Below, one piece after another: positions 51,141 to 62,437 of a stretch of 64,000 nucleotides of DNA. The number at the start of each line of letters is the position of its first letter. Position 1 is the stretch's first letter. The position numbers were made by a program, and so were the translations under genes. This stretch comes from an uncultured bacterium (lineage in GTDB: Bacteria; Hydrothermota; Tepidihabitantia; Tepidihabitantales; Tepidihabitantaceae). The notes under the pieces are model-generated. The model saw only the letters and a list, made by a program, of their open reading frames with translations. It was not told where the DNA came from and did no database searches. The stretch covers positions 2,944 through 66,943 of the forward strand of contig CAZVDD010000020.1 in assembly GCA_964626075.1 (NCBI GenBank), read 5' to 3'.

Positions 51141-54100
51141 TCATGCCGCTTCCTGTCCTTTCTTTTCTTCATCCTGTACCAGTTTTATGCGACTGAACTC
51201 CCGGAATCCGGTACCTGCCGGGATCAATCGGCCAACTATAACATTTTCCTTTAAACCCCGCAGTTTGTCAACTCTCCCTTGAATTGCCGCTTCAGACAGA
51301 ACCCGGGTTGTTTCCTGAAACGAAGCAGCAGACAGGAAACTGTCGGTCAATAACGCTGCCCGGGTGATTCCTAAAAGGATAGGCTGGTAACTAGCCGGCT
51401 TTAGACCATCGGCAAGTAACCGGTCATTCTCCTCCAGTACCCGCCGGCGCTCCACAATCTCCCCTTCAACAAAATTGCTATCACCCGCATCCTCAATTCG
51501 CACCTTGCGCAACATCTGACGCACGATCACCGAAATGTGCTTGTCGTTGATTTTAACTTTTTGTAACCGGTAAACTGCCTGAATCTGGTTGGTCAAAAAT
51601 TCCTGGACCGCCAGCCACCCTTTGACGCGCAGAACGTCATGCGGATCTACCGAACCCTCGCACAACTTATCACCGGCCTTCACCGTATCACCCGATTTTA
51701 CCAGCAAAAATTTGCCGTAGGGGATTTCATACTCTTTCACCGCCCCGCCCTCGGACACAACTCGAACCATCCGTTTACCCTCCTTAGGTTCTCCCACTTC
51801 CACCATACCGTCAATCTCGGAAATTATCGCTGGTGATTTAACATGTTTCGCTTCAAACAGTTCGGCAACCTTGGGAAGACCACCGGTGATATCGCGCGTC
51901 CGCGCCATCTCCTTAAGCAATCGCGCCAGGATGTCACCGGCAACGACCGCCTGTCCATCATCCACTACCAGATACGCCCCGGCGGGTAGTGCATGCGAAT
52001 CAACCACCTTACCCTTTTCGTTTACCACCTCCAGCGCCGGGTGCAGTTTCCGCTCCCGGTCCTCGACAATAATGCGCTGTTTTTGTTCCGTGCGTTCGTC
52101 AATATCTTCCCGCAATGTCCGGCCGATTTCAATATCACGGTAGCGCACCTTACCCTGACCCCGCGCGAGCAGCGGAATTGAATAAGGTTCCCACTCAAAC
52201 AAAATATCATCCTCTTTTACCTCTGCGCCGTCCTGCACCCGCACCAATGCGCCCGGTGGTACAGTAAACGGCACCACCCGGTCGCCGGCAGATAAAATTA
52301 ATCTTCCCTGCTCCAGTGCAGTTGTCTCGCCATCACTGCGCTGCACAACCATCATACCTTCGAACTTAACCTTGCCTGCAAACCGGGCCGTTGCCTTGGT
52401 TTGTTCTGCCACCCGCGCCGCAACGCCACCCACATGGAAGGTCTTTAATGTCAACTGTGTCCCAGGTTCGCCAATCGACTGGGCAGCAACAATCCCTACC
52501 GCCTCGCCAATCTCAACAACCCGTCCTGTCGCCATGTTCCTGCCGTAACACTTAACGCAGAGTCCGTAAGGAGCCTCACAGGTCAATACCGAACGCACCC
52601 GTACCATCTCAATGCCGCTCGTCTCAATCTCCTCTGCCGCCTTATCCGTTATCTCTTCTCCGCCTCTAACAATTACCTCACCGGAAACGGGATTAACGAT
52701 ATCATCCAGGGCGAAACGCCCGGCAATTCGTTCACTGAGAGGTTCGATGACATCGCCCCCTTCCCGCAGCGCCGTAACCTCCTGACCCACGATTGTACCA
52801 CAGTCTTCCATGGTAATGACCACATCCTGAGCAACATCCACCAGGCGGCGGGTCAGATAACCGGCTTCGGCTGTTTTCAACGCCGTATCGGTCAATCCTT
52901 TGCGCGCACCGTGTGTTGAAATGAAGTACTCCCATACCGAAAGCCCTTCCTTAAAAGAACTCTTAATCGGGGTTTCAATCACCTCCTCACCCACCGTGCG
53001 CCGCTGCGGTTTTGCCATCAAACCCCGCATGCCACCAAGCTGTGCCGCCTGGGTACGCGAGCCCCGGGCGCCGGAGTCAATGAGAATAAACACCGGGTTA
53101 AAACCTTCCTGGTCTTTCTGTAAGCGCATCATCAACGCCTCTTCAACTTCGGCTGTTGCCAGCGTCCAGGTGTTGACGACTTTATTGTACTTCTCCGAGT
53201 CAGTCATCAACCCCTGTTCATAAGCCCGTTGCACGCGACGGACATCATTCTCGCTCTCCCGTAGAATGGCGCCCTTCTCCTCAGGCACGACGATATCGTC
53301 CATACCGATTGACAGTCCGGAGCGTGTCGCCATCTCAACCCCCAAATCTTTCATGTCGTCCAGCAACTTAACGGTCGCATCCAAACCCAATGTCCGCACA
53401 CACTTATCAATCAACCCGATGAGTTTGTCTTTGGGATACACCTCATTTACGAACCTCAACCTTTCCGGTAAAACCTCATTGAACAAAACCCGCCCCACCG
53501 TCGTGACAAAATCGCTACCCTGATACCGGAACAAAATCCACTCGTGTAAATCTACTTCACCCAAATCCTGTGCCGAGTGAACAGTTGCAAAATCGTCAAA
53601 CAAACGGAGCTGTTCTTTTGCCGGCGCTTTAGCCCGGGCTTTTGTCAAGTAATAAATTCCGGCGACGATGTCTTGCGAGGGTACCATCAAAGGCCGCCCG
53701 TGCGCCGGTGACAGGATATTATGTGAGGAGAGCATCAACACCGCAGCCTCCAGCACCCCTTCCGGGGTCACCGGCACATGAACCGACATTGTGTCACCGT
53801 CAAAATCGGCATTAAACGGTGGGCATACCAGCGGGTGAATACCAATCGCCCGATGCTCAGATAGAACTGGATAAAAGGCTTCGATGGAAACCCGGTGCAA
53901 AGTTGGCGCCCGGTTGAGCAGTACCGGATGCTCTCTGGTTACCTCCTCCAGTACTTCCCACACCTCCGGTGTCTCTTTCCGGTACATACTCTTCGCCCCG
54001 CGTTCACTCTCTGCCAGTTTTCGCTCCTCCAGTCGACGCAAAATCATCGGCTTAAACAACTCCAGCGCCATCTCTTTTGGTAAACTACACTGATGCAACT

Positions 54101-55157
54101 TCAGTGTCGGGTCAACAACAATCACCGAGCGACCAGAATAATCAACCCGTTTGCCAAGCAGATTTCGGCGAAACCTCCCCTGTTTACCGCGCAACGCCTC
54201 ACACAGCGACTTGAGCGGTCTATTGCCCCGGCCCCGAACCGGCCTTGGTCTTGTTTCGTTAGAAAACAGGGCGTCAACCGCGTCCTGTAACATCCGCTTT
54301 TCATTTTTCAGTATTATTTCCGGTGTCCGAATTGACATCAAATGGCGCAAACGATTGTTGCGAACAATCACCCTTTTGTAGAGGTCATTTAAATCCGAAG
54401 TGGCATACCGTCCGCCCTCAAGCGGCACCAACGGACGTAGGTCAGGTGGTATTACGGGAAGGACATCAAGAATCATCCATTCCGGTTTTGCTCCCGAAGT
54501 CCGAAAGGCTTCAACCACCCGCAACCGCCGCAACAGATTAAAGCGCCGTGAACTCTCATGCTTAATCCGGGTCCGCAATTCTGCTGCCAGGTCCTCCAGT
54601 TCTATCGCACTCAGCAAGCGTTTAAGTGCCGGTGCCCCGGTATCGGCATCAAACCCTTCATATTTGCCCAGCGCCTGCCGGTAATCCTCTTCGGAAATCA
54701 ACTCCATCCGCTTATAGGGTGAACTACCTGGTTCAATCACTACATAAACCTCGTAGTTCAGAACCGTCTCCACCTCATTGATTGACAAATCCAGCATCAA
54801 CCCGATTTTCGATGGTGGAACTTGATAAAACAAAGTGTGCGCCACCGGCACCACCAGTTCAATATGACCCATCCGATAGCGACGCACCGCCGAACTTGTA
54901 ACTTCAACCCCACAACGGTCGCAAACAATACCTTTATAGCGCACCTTCTTATATTTCCCGCAGTTACACTCGTAATCCTTTACCGGGCCAAATATCCGCT
55001 CACAGAACAAACCATCCCGTTCCGGCTTCTGGGTGCGATAGTTAATCGTTTCTGGCTTAATCACCTCACCGCTGGACCATTTGCGAATCGTCTCCGGGGA
55101 AGCAATCCTCAAACGCAGGACATCAAAATCAAATGCAAACTCACGCATTGTGCTCAT
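51141..55157 (-). CDS. rpoC: DNA-directed RNA polymerase subunit beta'
   Basis: 1338 aa with NADFDGD active site, zinc-binding CNCGKY...CDRCGVEV, and bridge helix and trigger-loop regions. Confidence 0.98.
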   Translation of the reverse strand: MSTMREFAFDFDVLRLRIASPETIRKWSSGEVIKPETINYRTQKPERDGLFCERIFGPVKDYECNCGKYKKVRYKGIVCDRCGVEVTSSAVRRYRMGHIELVVPVAHTLFYQVPPSKIGLMLDLSINEVETVLNYEVYVVIEPGSSPYKRMELISEEDYRQALGKYEGFDADTGAPALKRLLSAIELEDLAAELRTRIKHESSRRFNLLRRLRVVEAFRTSGAKPEWMILDVLPVIPPDLRPLVPLEGGRYATSDLNDLYKRVIVRNNRLRHLMSIRTPEIILKNEKRMLQDAVDALFSNETRPRPVRGRGNRPLKSLCEALRGKQGRFRRNLLGKRVDYSGRSVIVVDPTLKLHQCSLPKEMALELFKPMILRRLEERKLAESERGAKSMYRKETPEVWEVLEEVTREHPVLLNRAPTLHRVSIEAFYPVLSEHRAIGIHPLVCPPFNADFDGDTMSVHVPVTPEGVLEAAVLMLSSHNILSPAHGRPLMVPSQDIVAGIYYLTKARAKAPAKEQLRLFDDFATVHSAQDLGEVDLHEWILFRYQGSDFVTTVGRVLFNEVLPERLRFVNEVYPKDKLIGLIDKCVRTLGLDATVKLLDDMKDLGVEMATRSGLSIGMDDIVVPEEKGAILRESENDVRRVQRAYEQGLMTDSEKYNKVVNTWTLATAEVEEALMMRLQKDQEGFNPVFILIDSGARGSRTQAAQLGGMRGLMAKPQRRTVGEEVIETPIKSSFKEGLSVWEYFISTHGARKGLTDTALKTAEAGYLTRRLVDVAQDVVITMEDCGTIVGQEVTALREGGDVIEPLSERIAGRFALDDIVNPVSGEVIVRGGEEITDKAAEEIETSGIEMVRVRSVLTCEAPYGLCVKCYGRNMATGRVVEIGEAVGIVAAQSIGEPGTQLTLKTFHVGGVAARVAEQTKATARFAGKVKFEGMMVVQRSDGETTALEQGRLILSAGDRVVPFTVPPGALVRVQDGAEVKEDDILFEWEPYSIPLLARGQGKVRYRDIEIGRTLREDIDERTEQKQRIIVEDRERKLHPALEVVNEKGKVVDSHALPAGAYLVVDDGQAVVAGDILARLLKEMARTRDITGGLPKVAELFEAKHVKSPAIISEIDGMVEVGEPKEGKRMVRVVSEGGAVKEYEIPYGKFLLVKSGDTVKAGDKLCEGSVDPHDVLRVKGWLAVQEFLTNQIQAVYRLQKVKINDKHISVIVRQMLRKVRIEDAGDSNFVEGEIVERRRVLEENDRLLADGLKPASYQPILLGITRAALLTDSFLSAASFQETTRVLSEAAIQGRVDKLRGLKENVIVGRLIPAGTGFREFSRIKLVQDEEKKGQEAA

Positions 55158-55160
55158 TCC

Positions 55161-58100
55161 TCACACCTCCCCTTTCTCGCCCTTCTTCTCCTGTTCGGGT
55201 ACCAGTTCCAATCCCAGCCCCTGCAACTCCTTTACCAGCACCATAAACGAAGCTGGTGCCTTCGGTTTCGGCGGATTTTTACCCCGTGCCAGTGCCTCGT
55301 AAAGCGCGCTCCGCCCCTCCACATCATCCGACTTAATTGTCAAAACCTCCTGCAGCGCATGCGCCGCCCCGTAAGCCTCAAGCGCCCATACCTCCATTTC
55401 GCCAAACCTCTGGCCCCCGAACTGCGCCTTGCCACCCAAAGGCTGCTGCGTAATCAACGAATAACGACCCGTTGAGCGCGCATGAATCTTATCATCAACC
55501 ATATGAATAAGCTTCATCATATACATCACACCCACCGTGACCTTGCCTTGGAACCGTTCGCCCGTCCGTCCATCGTAAAGCACCACCTTACCATCTTCCG
55601 GCAAACCGGCCTTCCGCAACTCCTCCTTAATCTCCTCGGGCGTGGCACTTTCAAACACCGGACATATCGCCTGATATCCTAAAATCTTTGCCGCCCAGCC
55701 CAGATGTGCCTCAAGCACCTGTCCGATATTCATTCGCGACGGCACCCCCAGCGGATTCAACACCATATCCACCGCGACCCCCCGCAACTCCTTCAAAGTG
55801 CCTGACTCCTTATCTTGCCCCGGGACCACCGCAAGATACGGCATATCCTCCACCGGCAAAACCTTTGCCACCACACCCTTATTACCATGCCGCCCGGCCA
55901 TCTTATCACCCACCGCAAGTCTCCGCTTCTGGGCGATAAAAACCGTAATCCAGCGCAACACTCCATGCGGCAGCTCGTCCCCGCGGGTAACTCGTTCAAC
56001 CTCTTCATCCCGCTCCTGTCTCGCTCGGGCCACCGCCTCTTCATACTCTTCGGTCGCTTTGTTTATCTGTTCTTGGAGCCGGGGGTTCGAAACCAGCTGG
56101 GCAAAATTCACCACGCTCGTGAAATCGTCGCTGTTCAGGAACTCATCGTCCATTACCAGACCAGCCTTGTGAACAACTTTTCCGCTCCGAGTTTTGGCGT
56201 TCGCTGCCGCCTTGTGGCCCCGGAGAATTGAACGCAACTTTTCGTTCCGACGTTCCGCAAAAAACTCCTTCTTTACCTCGAGCTTTCGATTCGCCTCCTC
56301 GATACGCTCCCGTTCCAACCGGCGGGAGAGCGCGTCGTTGAGTTTCCGCGAGAGCACCCGGCGTTCTACAACCGTTCCAAAAACCCCGGGTTCTACGCGC
56401 AGAGAACTATCGCGCACATTGGCCGCCTTCTCTCCAAAAATCGCCCGCAGCAAACGTTCCTCCGGGGTGTACTCGGTTTCGCCTTTCGGTGTAATTCTGC
56501 CCACTAAAATATCGCCCGGGCCCACTTCTGCGCCGATCCGAACAATTCCAAATTCATCAAGATTCCGCAGTTCATCCTCACTGGCACCAGGAATATCACG
56601 GGTAATTATCTCAGGGCCTAATCTCGTCTCCCGAGCCTGAATTTCAAACTCAAGAATTTGAATCGATGTAAAGGCATCCTCTTTCAGAAGATTTTCCGAC
56701 ACGATAATAGCATCTTCATAATTGTAACCCCGCCAGGGCACAAATGCGACCAGAACATTCCGCCCCAGTGCCAGTTGCCCGCTCTCAGTCGCTGGCCCAT
56801 CAGCAAGAATATCACCCTTTTTCACTTCGTCTCCGGGCTGAACCACCGGACGCTGCGTAAGACAGGTGTACTGATTTGACTTTCGAAATTTTGTCAAACG
56901 ATACTCCTTCAGCCCGCTCTCAGTACGCAGGGTTATTGTCCGAGCATCAACCCGCGTCACAACACCATCCTCTTCAGCAAGCAGCACCGCACCCGATTCC
57001 GCGGCAAACTTACCTTCCACTCCGGTTGCCACAACCGGTTTCTCCGGTACGAGAAGCGGGACCGCTTGCCGCTGCATATTCGCACCCATCAATGCCCGGT
57101 CGGCGTCATCATGTTCGAGAAAGGGAATCATCACCGTGGAAGGTGCAAATAGCTGCTTGGGCGAGACATCCATAAAGTCAACCTGCTCCGGCGGTACGCT
57201 TATCACATCACCCCGCCGCCGGCAGATCACCTCTTTATCCGCAAACCGTCCGTCGGGCAGAAGTTCACTCGTGTACTGAGCAATTGTATAGCGGTCCTCC
57301 TCCTCTGGAGTAAGATAAATCTCCTTGCCCTTACCCATAATCACCCGACCATCTTTTACCCGCCAGTAAGGTGTACTGATAAACCCGTAATGATCGATAT
57401 CGGCATAAGTAGAAACGGTAGCAATCAAACCGATATTAGGTCCCTCGGGTGTTTCAATTGGACAAATCCTGCCGTAGTGGGAGTAATGGACATCGCGGAC
57501 CTCGAAGCCCGCGGTCTCTTTTGTTAACCCACCGGGTCCAAGCGTGGAAACCCGTCGCTTATGAGTCAGCTCCGCCAGTGGATTGGTCTGCTCCATAAAC
57601 TGACAGAGCTGATTCTGGGTAAAAAACTGCATTATCGCATTGGCAACAACCCGGGTGTTTACCAACTCCTGAGGAACGAGCGAACTGTCATCGATAAACG
57701 CCGCCCGTTCCCTGATGTTCTGAGCAAGTTGTAACAAAGCCTGCCGAACTTGATTCTCTAATAGTTCCCCGACCCGGCGCACTCGACGACTTCCTAAGTG
57801 GTCAACATCATCGGTATTGTAGCGGACTATATCGCCCTCAGATTTGAAACCGGCAGAACGCAGTCGTGCCTGGGCCTGTTCTCCTATCTTACTGTCCCAG
57901 TAAGTTAAGAAAATTGAGCGCCGATACTGGTCATAGATATAACCATCTGGTTGACAGTTACCATCCTTCAATGCCCTTAGAATCCGGTCCCGTTCCTCGG
58001 CATTCTCGCAGGTAGAAAGAATAGTGTAATACTGACTTTCGTCGGCAAGCCGAATGAGATACCTGGTGATGGCAACGATATCCTCCGGGGTAAGGGTCGT

Positions 58101-59141
58101 AACCGCATCAGGGGTGCTCAAAAACAAACGGCGATTCAACTTATACCTTCCGACCGCACCCAGGTCGAAGCGCCGATTGTCAAACAACATCCCGATAATC
58201 ATCTGCTGGGCAATATCAAGCGAATGGGGCGCAATTGAACGCAACCGGTAGTAAATCCGTCTAATCGCGTCTTCCCGTGAAGTTGAACGGTCTTCTTTAA
58301 GCGTGTTGACGATGATGCCCAGACCCGCCTGCCCTTGCGGTGCGACCAGAGCAGTCGTTACGCCGCGGTTATTAAGCAACTCAATCAACCCTTCGGTCAG
58401 TCTTTCACCCGCCCGGGCATAAACCTCGCCCGTTGACGAGTCAGCGATATCCTGGACCAAAACATCGCCCACCTCAAGCGTCCGTTCCTCAGTATAAAAA
58501 AGGCGCTTCAGTACATCGCTGTGCGTCAACCCGATGGCGCGGAAAAAAGTCGCTGCCGGAATTCGCCGTTTGCGGTCGAGCAAAACAACCAGTTCCCCAC
58601 TTTTGTCAACAACCATCTCAAACCACGCGCCGCGCAATGGTACCAGTAAAGCCGAAACCTCGTCACCTTCCCGGGTGAAATAAACTCCCGGGGAACGGTG
58701 GAGCTGGCTGACAACAACCCGTTCCACACCGTTGATAATAAAGGAACCACCGCGGGTCATCCAGGGAAACTCACAGAAGTAAACCTCCTGCTCAATAAGG
58801 TCCCGAACTTCCTCCGAACCCTTGCCAAACCCCTTCTTCACCAGCCGGAATACAACTTTTAGCGGCCGGGAGTAGGTTACACCTCGAGCAGTTGCCTCTT
58901 CCGGTGAATAACGCGGGCTCCCGAATTCATAACGGACATAATCAAGCCGGAAGTTTTTGTGCTCGTCCTCAATCGGAAACATCTCTTTAAACACCGCCTC
59001 AAGCCCCTGGACCCGGCGTTCTGCAGGCGGCACATCCGCTTGGGTAAAGGAGGCAAAAGATTCAATCTGCAGGGAGAGCAAACTGGGAATTTCCAGCGGC
59101 GTCTCCCGGTGGGCAAAATTCTTCTGTCTCGTTTTCAACAC
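55161..59141 (-). CDS. rpoB: DNA-directed RNA polymerase subunit beta
   Basis: 1326 aa with conserved beta-subunit blocks (GRHGNKGVV, GGQRFGEMEVWALEAYGAA). Confidence 0.98.
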   Translation of the reverse strand: MLKTRQKNFAHRETPLEIPSLLSLQIESFASFTQADVPPAERRVQGLEAVFKEMFPIEDEHKNFRLDYVRYEFGSPRYSPEEATARGVTYSRPLKVVFRLVKKGFGKGSEEVRDLIEQEVYFCEFPWMTRGGSFIINGVERVVVSQLHRSPGVYFTREGDEVSALLVPLRGAWFEMVVDKSGELVVLLDRKRRIPAATFFRAIGLTHSDVLKRLFYTEERTLEVGDVLVQDIADSSTGEVYARAGERLTEGLIELLNNRGVTTALVAPQGQAGLGIIVNTLKEDRSTSREDAIRRIYYRLRSIAPHSLDIAQQMIIGMLFDNRRFDLGAVGRYKLNRRLFLSTPDAVTTLTPEDIVAITRYLIRLADESQYYTILSTCENAEERDRILRALKDGNCQPDGYIYDQYRRSIFLTYWDSKIGEQAQARLRSAGFKSEGDIVRYNTDDVDHLGSRRVRRVGELLENQVRQALLQLAQNIRERAAFIDDSSLVPQELVNTRVVANAIMQFFTQNQLCQFMEQTNPLAELTHKRRVSTLGPGGLTKETAGFEVRDVHYSHYGRICPIETPEGPNIGLIATVSTYADIDHYGFISTPYWRVKDGRVIMGKGKEIYLTPEEEDRYTIAQYTSELLPDGRFADKEVICRRRGDVISVPPEQVDFMDVSPKQLFAPSTVMIPFLEHDDADRALMGANMQRQAVPLLVPEKPVVATGVEGKFAAESGAVLLAEEDGVVTRVDARTITLRTESGLKEYRLTKFRKSNQYTCLTQRPVVQPGDEVKKGDILADGPATESGQLALGRNVLVAFVPWRGYNYEDAIIVSENLLKEDAFTSIQILEFEIQARETRLGPEIITRDIPGASEDELRNLDEFGIVRIGAEVGPGDILVGRITPKGETEYTPEERLLRAIFGEKAANVRDSSLRVEPGVFGTVVERRVLSRKLNDALSRRLERERIEEANRKLEVKKEFFAERRNEKLRSILRGHKAAANAKTRSGKVVHKAGLVMDDEFLNSDDFTSVVNFAQLVSNPRLQEQINKATEEYEEAVARARQERDEEVERVTRGDELPHGVLRWITVFIAQKRRLAVGDKMAGRHGNKGVVAKVLPVEDMPYLAVVPGQDKESGTLKELRGVAVDMVLNPLGVPSRMNIGQVLEAHLGWAAKILGYQAICPVFESATPEEIKEELRKAGLPEDGKVVLYDGRTGERFQGKVTVGVMYMMKLIHMVDDKIHARSTGRYSLITQQPLGGKAQFGGQRFGEMEVWALEAYGAAHALQEVLTIKSDDVEGRSALYEALARGKNPPKPKAPASFMVLVKELQGLGLELVPEQEKKGEKGEV

Positions 59142-59239
59142 ATTACCCCCTTAGATTGCAAAGGCAAAACAGTTTGCCCCAATAGTCAAAACCGGCAACC
59201 CTGATGGGGTCACTCCTGGCCTACGGTGGCTCCGCCCGC

Positions 59240-59632
59240 TCACTTTATTTCCACCTTCGCACCCACCTCTTCAAGTTTTGCCTTGAGCCGCTCTGCCTCC
59301 TCCTTGGTGGCATTTTCTTTTATCACGCTCGGCGTCTTATCAATGATATCCTTTGCCTCTTTAAGACCCAGCTGGGTCAGAGCCCTGAGCTCCTTTAACA
59401 CCTGGATCTTCTTGTCACCAACTGAAACCAGCGTTACGGTAAACTCGGTTTTCTCCTCGGCTTTCGCCTCACCCGCTGGGGCAGCGCCAGCTTGCGCTAC
59501 CGCGCCGGCGGCAACAAATGCGGGTGCTGTCACACCGAACTTATCTTTTAGCTCTTTAAGCAGTGCTGCCAGTTCCGTCACGGTCAGACCCTCAATTGTT
59601 GCGACTAACTGTTGGATTTTATCCTCTGCCAT
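59240..59632 (-). CDS. rplL: 50S ribosomal protein L7/L12
   Basis: 130 aa with an Ala-rich hinge and C-terminal KVIKELRALT-like [10 protein letters not shown]...[20 protein letters not shown]. Confidence 0.97.
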   Translation of the reverse strand: MAEDKIQQLVATIEGLTVTELAALLKELKDKFGVTAPAFVAAGAVAQAGAAPAGEAKAEEKTEFTVTLVSVGDKKIQVLKELRALTQLGLKEAKDIIDKTPSVIKENATKEEAERLKAKLEEVGAKVEIK

Positions 59633-59761
59633 AAATCCTCCTGTTTTCTTTTTCTTTGCCGAAAAGTGGGGATAGATTTAGATACCTGTCCCTGCCCATT
59701 TTAAGGTCATTCGACAAAGGTTTATATTTTTTACCTACACCTTCACTTAGAAGCAGCAATC

Positions 59762-60313
59762 TTACTCTCCGGTTGCGACTTCAGGTTTGGCTCCTGGTTG
59801 CGGACGACGGGCGATTTCCTCCAGCGCCCAAACCAACTCGCCTAACAACCCTTCCAGCACACCAACCAGTCCGGAAAGCGGCGAACTGAGCACACCCACC
59901 AGTTGCGCCCGCACATCCTCTTTGGTGGGTAGCGCCGCCAGCAACTCAAACTGTGCTGCCGAGTAAATCGCCTTTTCCAGATAAGCACCCTTAAACTTAA
60001 TCCCAGGCACATTCTCCTTCGCCTCCTTCAGGAGCCGTGCTGGTGCTACCGGGTCTTCAGATGAAAATATTAGCGATGTCGGTCCGCGCAAAATTTCCGC
60101 AATCGACTCCGGCACCCCGCACTCTTGCAGCGCCCGCAGCGCCAGGGTGTTCTTCACCACCTTTACCGTCAAATTCCTCTCCCGGGCACGGCGGCGTAAC
60201 TCGTTAAAATCGTTTGCCGCCACGCCGGTAAAGTCCACAAAAAAAATCGACTGTGCCCGTTTAATCTTGTCTCTTATTTCATCAATAACCTTTGACTTCT
60301 CTTCTGTTGCCAT
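59762..60313 (-). CDS. rplJ: 50S ribosomal protein L10
   Basis: 183 aa with an L10 pattern. Its position between rplA and rplL fits. Confidence 0.93.
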   Translation of the reverse strand: MATEEKSKVIDEIRDKIKRAQSIFFVDFTGVAANDFNELRRRARERNLTVKVVKNTLALRALQECGVPESIAEILRGPTSLIFSSEDPVAPARLLKEAKENVPGIKFKGAYLEKAIYSAAQFELLAALPTKEDVRAQLVGVLSSPLSGLVGVLEGLLGELVWALEEIARRPQPGAKPEVATGE

Positions 60314-60314
60314 A

Positions 60315-61025
60315 TCACACCTCGCGTCTTACCGAATCGGTGAACTCTTTTGGGTCAACCCGCACCCCGACTCCCATCGTTGAGGAAAGTACCACCTTAC
60401 GAATAAACTGCCCTTTGGCACTTGCGGGCTTACTCCTTATCAACTCCGCCATAAAAGAACGGATATTCTCAACCAGCTTCTTCTCATCAAAGGAAACCTT
60501 TCCCACTGCGGCATGAACATTACCGGTCTTGTCAGTGCGATAACTGATTCGCCCTGCCTTGAGTGCCTTTATTGCCGCGCCAATATCAAAAGTCACGGTC
60601 TGGCTCTTAGGTGAGGGCATCAACCCTTTGGGCCCCAAAATTTTACCCAATCGTCCCACACCTGCCATCGTGTCCGGTGTCGCCACCGCGACATCGAAAT
60701 CGGTCCAGCCGGAACCGATTTTTTCCACCAAATCCTCAAAACCCACATAGTCTGCCCCGGCCGCCTGGGCTTCATCCACCTTGTCTCCCTTCACAAACGC
60801 CAGCACCCGAACCTTCTTGCCCGTGCCGTGCGGTAAACTTACCGTACCCGAAACCATCTGGTCCTGCTTCTTCGGGTCAATTCCCAGCTTTACCGATACT
60901 TCAACCGACTCATCAAACTTCGCATTTGCGTTCTCTTTTACCAACCGCACCGCTTCATCAAGCGAATAAAGTCGATTCCGGTCAACCTTCTGGCGCAACT
61001 GCTCATATCGTTTGCTGTGCCTCAT
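60315..61025 (-). CDS. rplA: 50S ribosomal protein L1
   Basis: 236 aa: [17 protein letters not shown]...[11 protein letters not shown]. Confidence 0.97.
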   Translation of the reverse strand: MRHSKRYEQLRQKVDRNRLYSLDEAVRLVKENANAKFDESVEVSVKLGIDPKKQDQMVSGTVSLPHGTGKKVRVLAFVKGDKVDEAQAAGADYVGFEDLVEKIGSGWTDFDVAVATPDTMAGVGRLGKILGPKGLMPSPKSQTVTFDIGAAIKALKAGRISYRTDKTGNVHAAVGKVSFDEKKLVENIRSFMAELIRSKPASAKGQFIRKVVLSSTMGVGVRVDPKEFTDSVRREV

Positions 61026-61457
61026 TTAATCCTCCTCAACGGTCAGACCCATCGACTTCGCCGTACCTTCGATAATCCGCATCGCCGCTTCAATACTGGC
61101 GGCGTTCAAATCCTTCATCTTCCGCTGCGCAATCTCCCGCAAAGCCGACCGCTTAACCACACCTACCTTTGCCCGATTAGGTTCACCCGAGCCCTTTGCC
61201 AGACCGGCGGCCTGTTTTAACAACACCGATGCCGGTGGACTCTTCGTTTCAAAAGTGAATTTACGGTCCGAGTAAATCGTCACCACAACCGGAATTATCA
61301 TTCCGGGTGGCTCTTTACGAGTTGCCTCGTTAACCGCTTTAATAAACTCCCCGATATTAACGCCATGCTGACCCAGTGCCGGGCCCACCGGCGGTGCGGC
61401 TGTTGCCTGACCCGCCGGTATCTGAAGTTTAACCACCGCCAGAACTTTCTTCGCCAT
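61026..61457 (-). CDS. rplK: 50S ribosomal protein L11
   Basis: 143 aa: [26 protein letters not shown]. Confidence 0.97.
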   Translation of the reverse strand: MAKKVLAVVKLQIPAGQATAAPPVGPALGQHGVNIGEFIKAVNEATRKEPPGMIIPVVVTIYSDRKFTFETKSPPASVLLKQAAGLAKGSGEPNRAKVGVVKRSALREIAQRKMKDLNAASIEAAMRIIEGTAKSMGLTVEED

Positions 61458-61468
61458 AACCTTGCCTC

Positions 61469-61999
61469 CTAAATCGGCTGGACCTCGAGAAAATCGAGGT
61501 CAATTGGCGTCGGTCTGCCAAATATCGTCACAATAACTTTGACCCGCCGCCGCTCACTCATAATCTCTTCCACAGTACCGGTAAAACCGGCAAACGGACC
61601 CTTGGTTACCTTTACCGTTTCACCCTTCTCAAATGGCGCTTCGGGCTGGACCTTATCCGCACCGCGCTCCACCTGTTCCAGCATCGCTGTAACCTCACCC
61701 TCGGTAAGTGCCAGTGGTTCCTTCCGTGTCCCAAGCATATGGGTAACACCGGGAATCGAAGTTACCAGTTTAAGCGCCTCCTCGGTCGGCTCCATTTCCA
61801 CAACGATATAACCCGGATAAAGCCTCTTCTCCTCGGCAACAATCTTCGACTTACGCACGCGTGCCACCCGTTCCGAAGGAACCATTACCCGACCGAAAAA
61901 CTCCTTCAGACCTTTCGCCTCAATCGCCTTCTCTAACAGCTCCTTCACCTTCTTCTCCCGCCCGGTATAGGTGTGGACAACAAAAAACTTCATCGCCAT
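61469..61999 (-). CDS. nusG: transcription termination/antitermination factor NusG
   Basis: 176 aa with an NGN domain ([13 protein letters not shown]) and a KOW motif ([18 protein letters not shown]). Confidence 0.95.
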   Translation of the reverse strand: MAMKFFVVHTYTGREKKVKELLEKAIEAKGLKEFFGRVMVPSERVARVRKSKIVAEEKRLYPGYIVVEMEPTEEALKLVTSIPGVTHMLGTRKEPLALTEGEVTAMLEQVERGADKVQPEAPFEKGETVKVTKGPFAGFTGTVEEIMSERRRVKVIVTIFGRPTPIDLDFLEVQPI

Positions 62000-62013
62000 T
62001 ACAACTATCTACC

Positions 62014-62205
62014 TCAACGAAGTATCAGGGCTAGCAGATGGGAAAAGACGAAATCACACAACCCGATAAACGCCGCCAGTACCGCCGAAAACACAATGAC
62101 AACCAATGTGGTCGTCCACAACTCACGTGGTTTCGCCCAGGAAACCTTTTTCATCTCGGCAACCACATCTTTGATATACTCTCTAATTCGCTTTATTAAG
62201 TTCAT
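62014..62205 (-). CDS. secE: preprotein translocase subunit SecE
   Basis: 63 aa with a single C-terminal TM helix, the EMKKVSW motif and a conserved position upstream of nusG. Confidence 0.9.
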   Translation of the reverse strand: MNLIKRIREYIKDVVAEMKKVSWAKPRELWTTTLVVIVFSAVLAAFIGLCDFVFSHLLALILR

Positions 62206-62215
62206 CTTTGTCCCA

Positions 62216-62288
62216 CAGGCCAGGAGGGATTTGAACCCCCATCCTTCGGATTTGGAGTCCGCTGCTCTACCGTTAGAGCTACTGGCCT
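62216..62288 (-). tRNA. tRNA-Trp (anticodon CCA)
   Basis: Hand-folded cloverleaf. Acceptor AGGCCAG pairs with CTGGCCT. Anticodon loop CTCCAAA, T-loop TTCAAAT. Its first 2 nt overlap the rpmG stop codon. Confidence 0.9.
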
Positions 62289-62433
62289 ATTTAACCTCCT
62301 TGTGCACGGTGTGTTTCCGGCAGACTGGACAAAACTTCTTAATCTCCAGCCGCTCGGTCTTCTTCTTATTCTTGTTGGTATGATAATTCCGGTTTTTACA
62401 CTCGGTACAGGAAAGGGTAACAAATATCCGCAT
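62287..62433 (-). CDS. rpmG: 50S ribosomal protein L33
   Basis: 48 aa from the internal ATG ([48 protein letters not shown]), Zn-ribbon type. The longer ORF-track start overlaps tuf and is unlikely. Confidence 0.9.
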   Translation of the reverse strand: MRIFVTLSCTECKNRNYHTNKNKKKTERLEIKKFCPVCRKHTVHKEVK

Positions 62434-62437
62434 CGCA

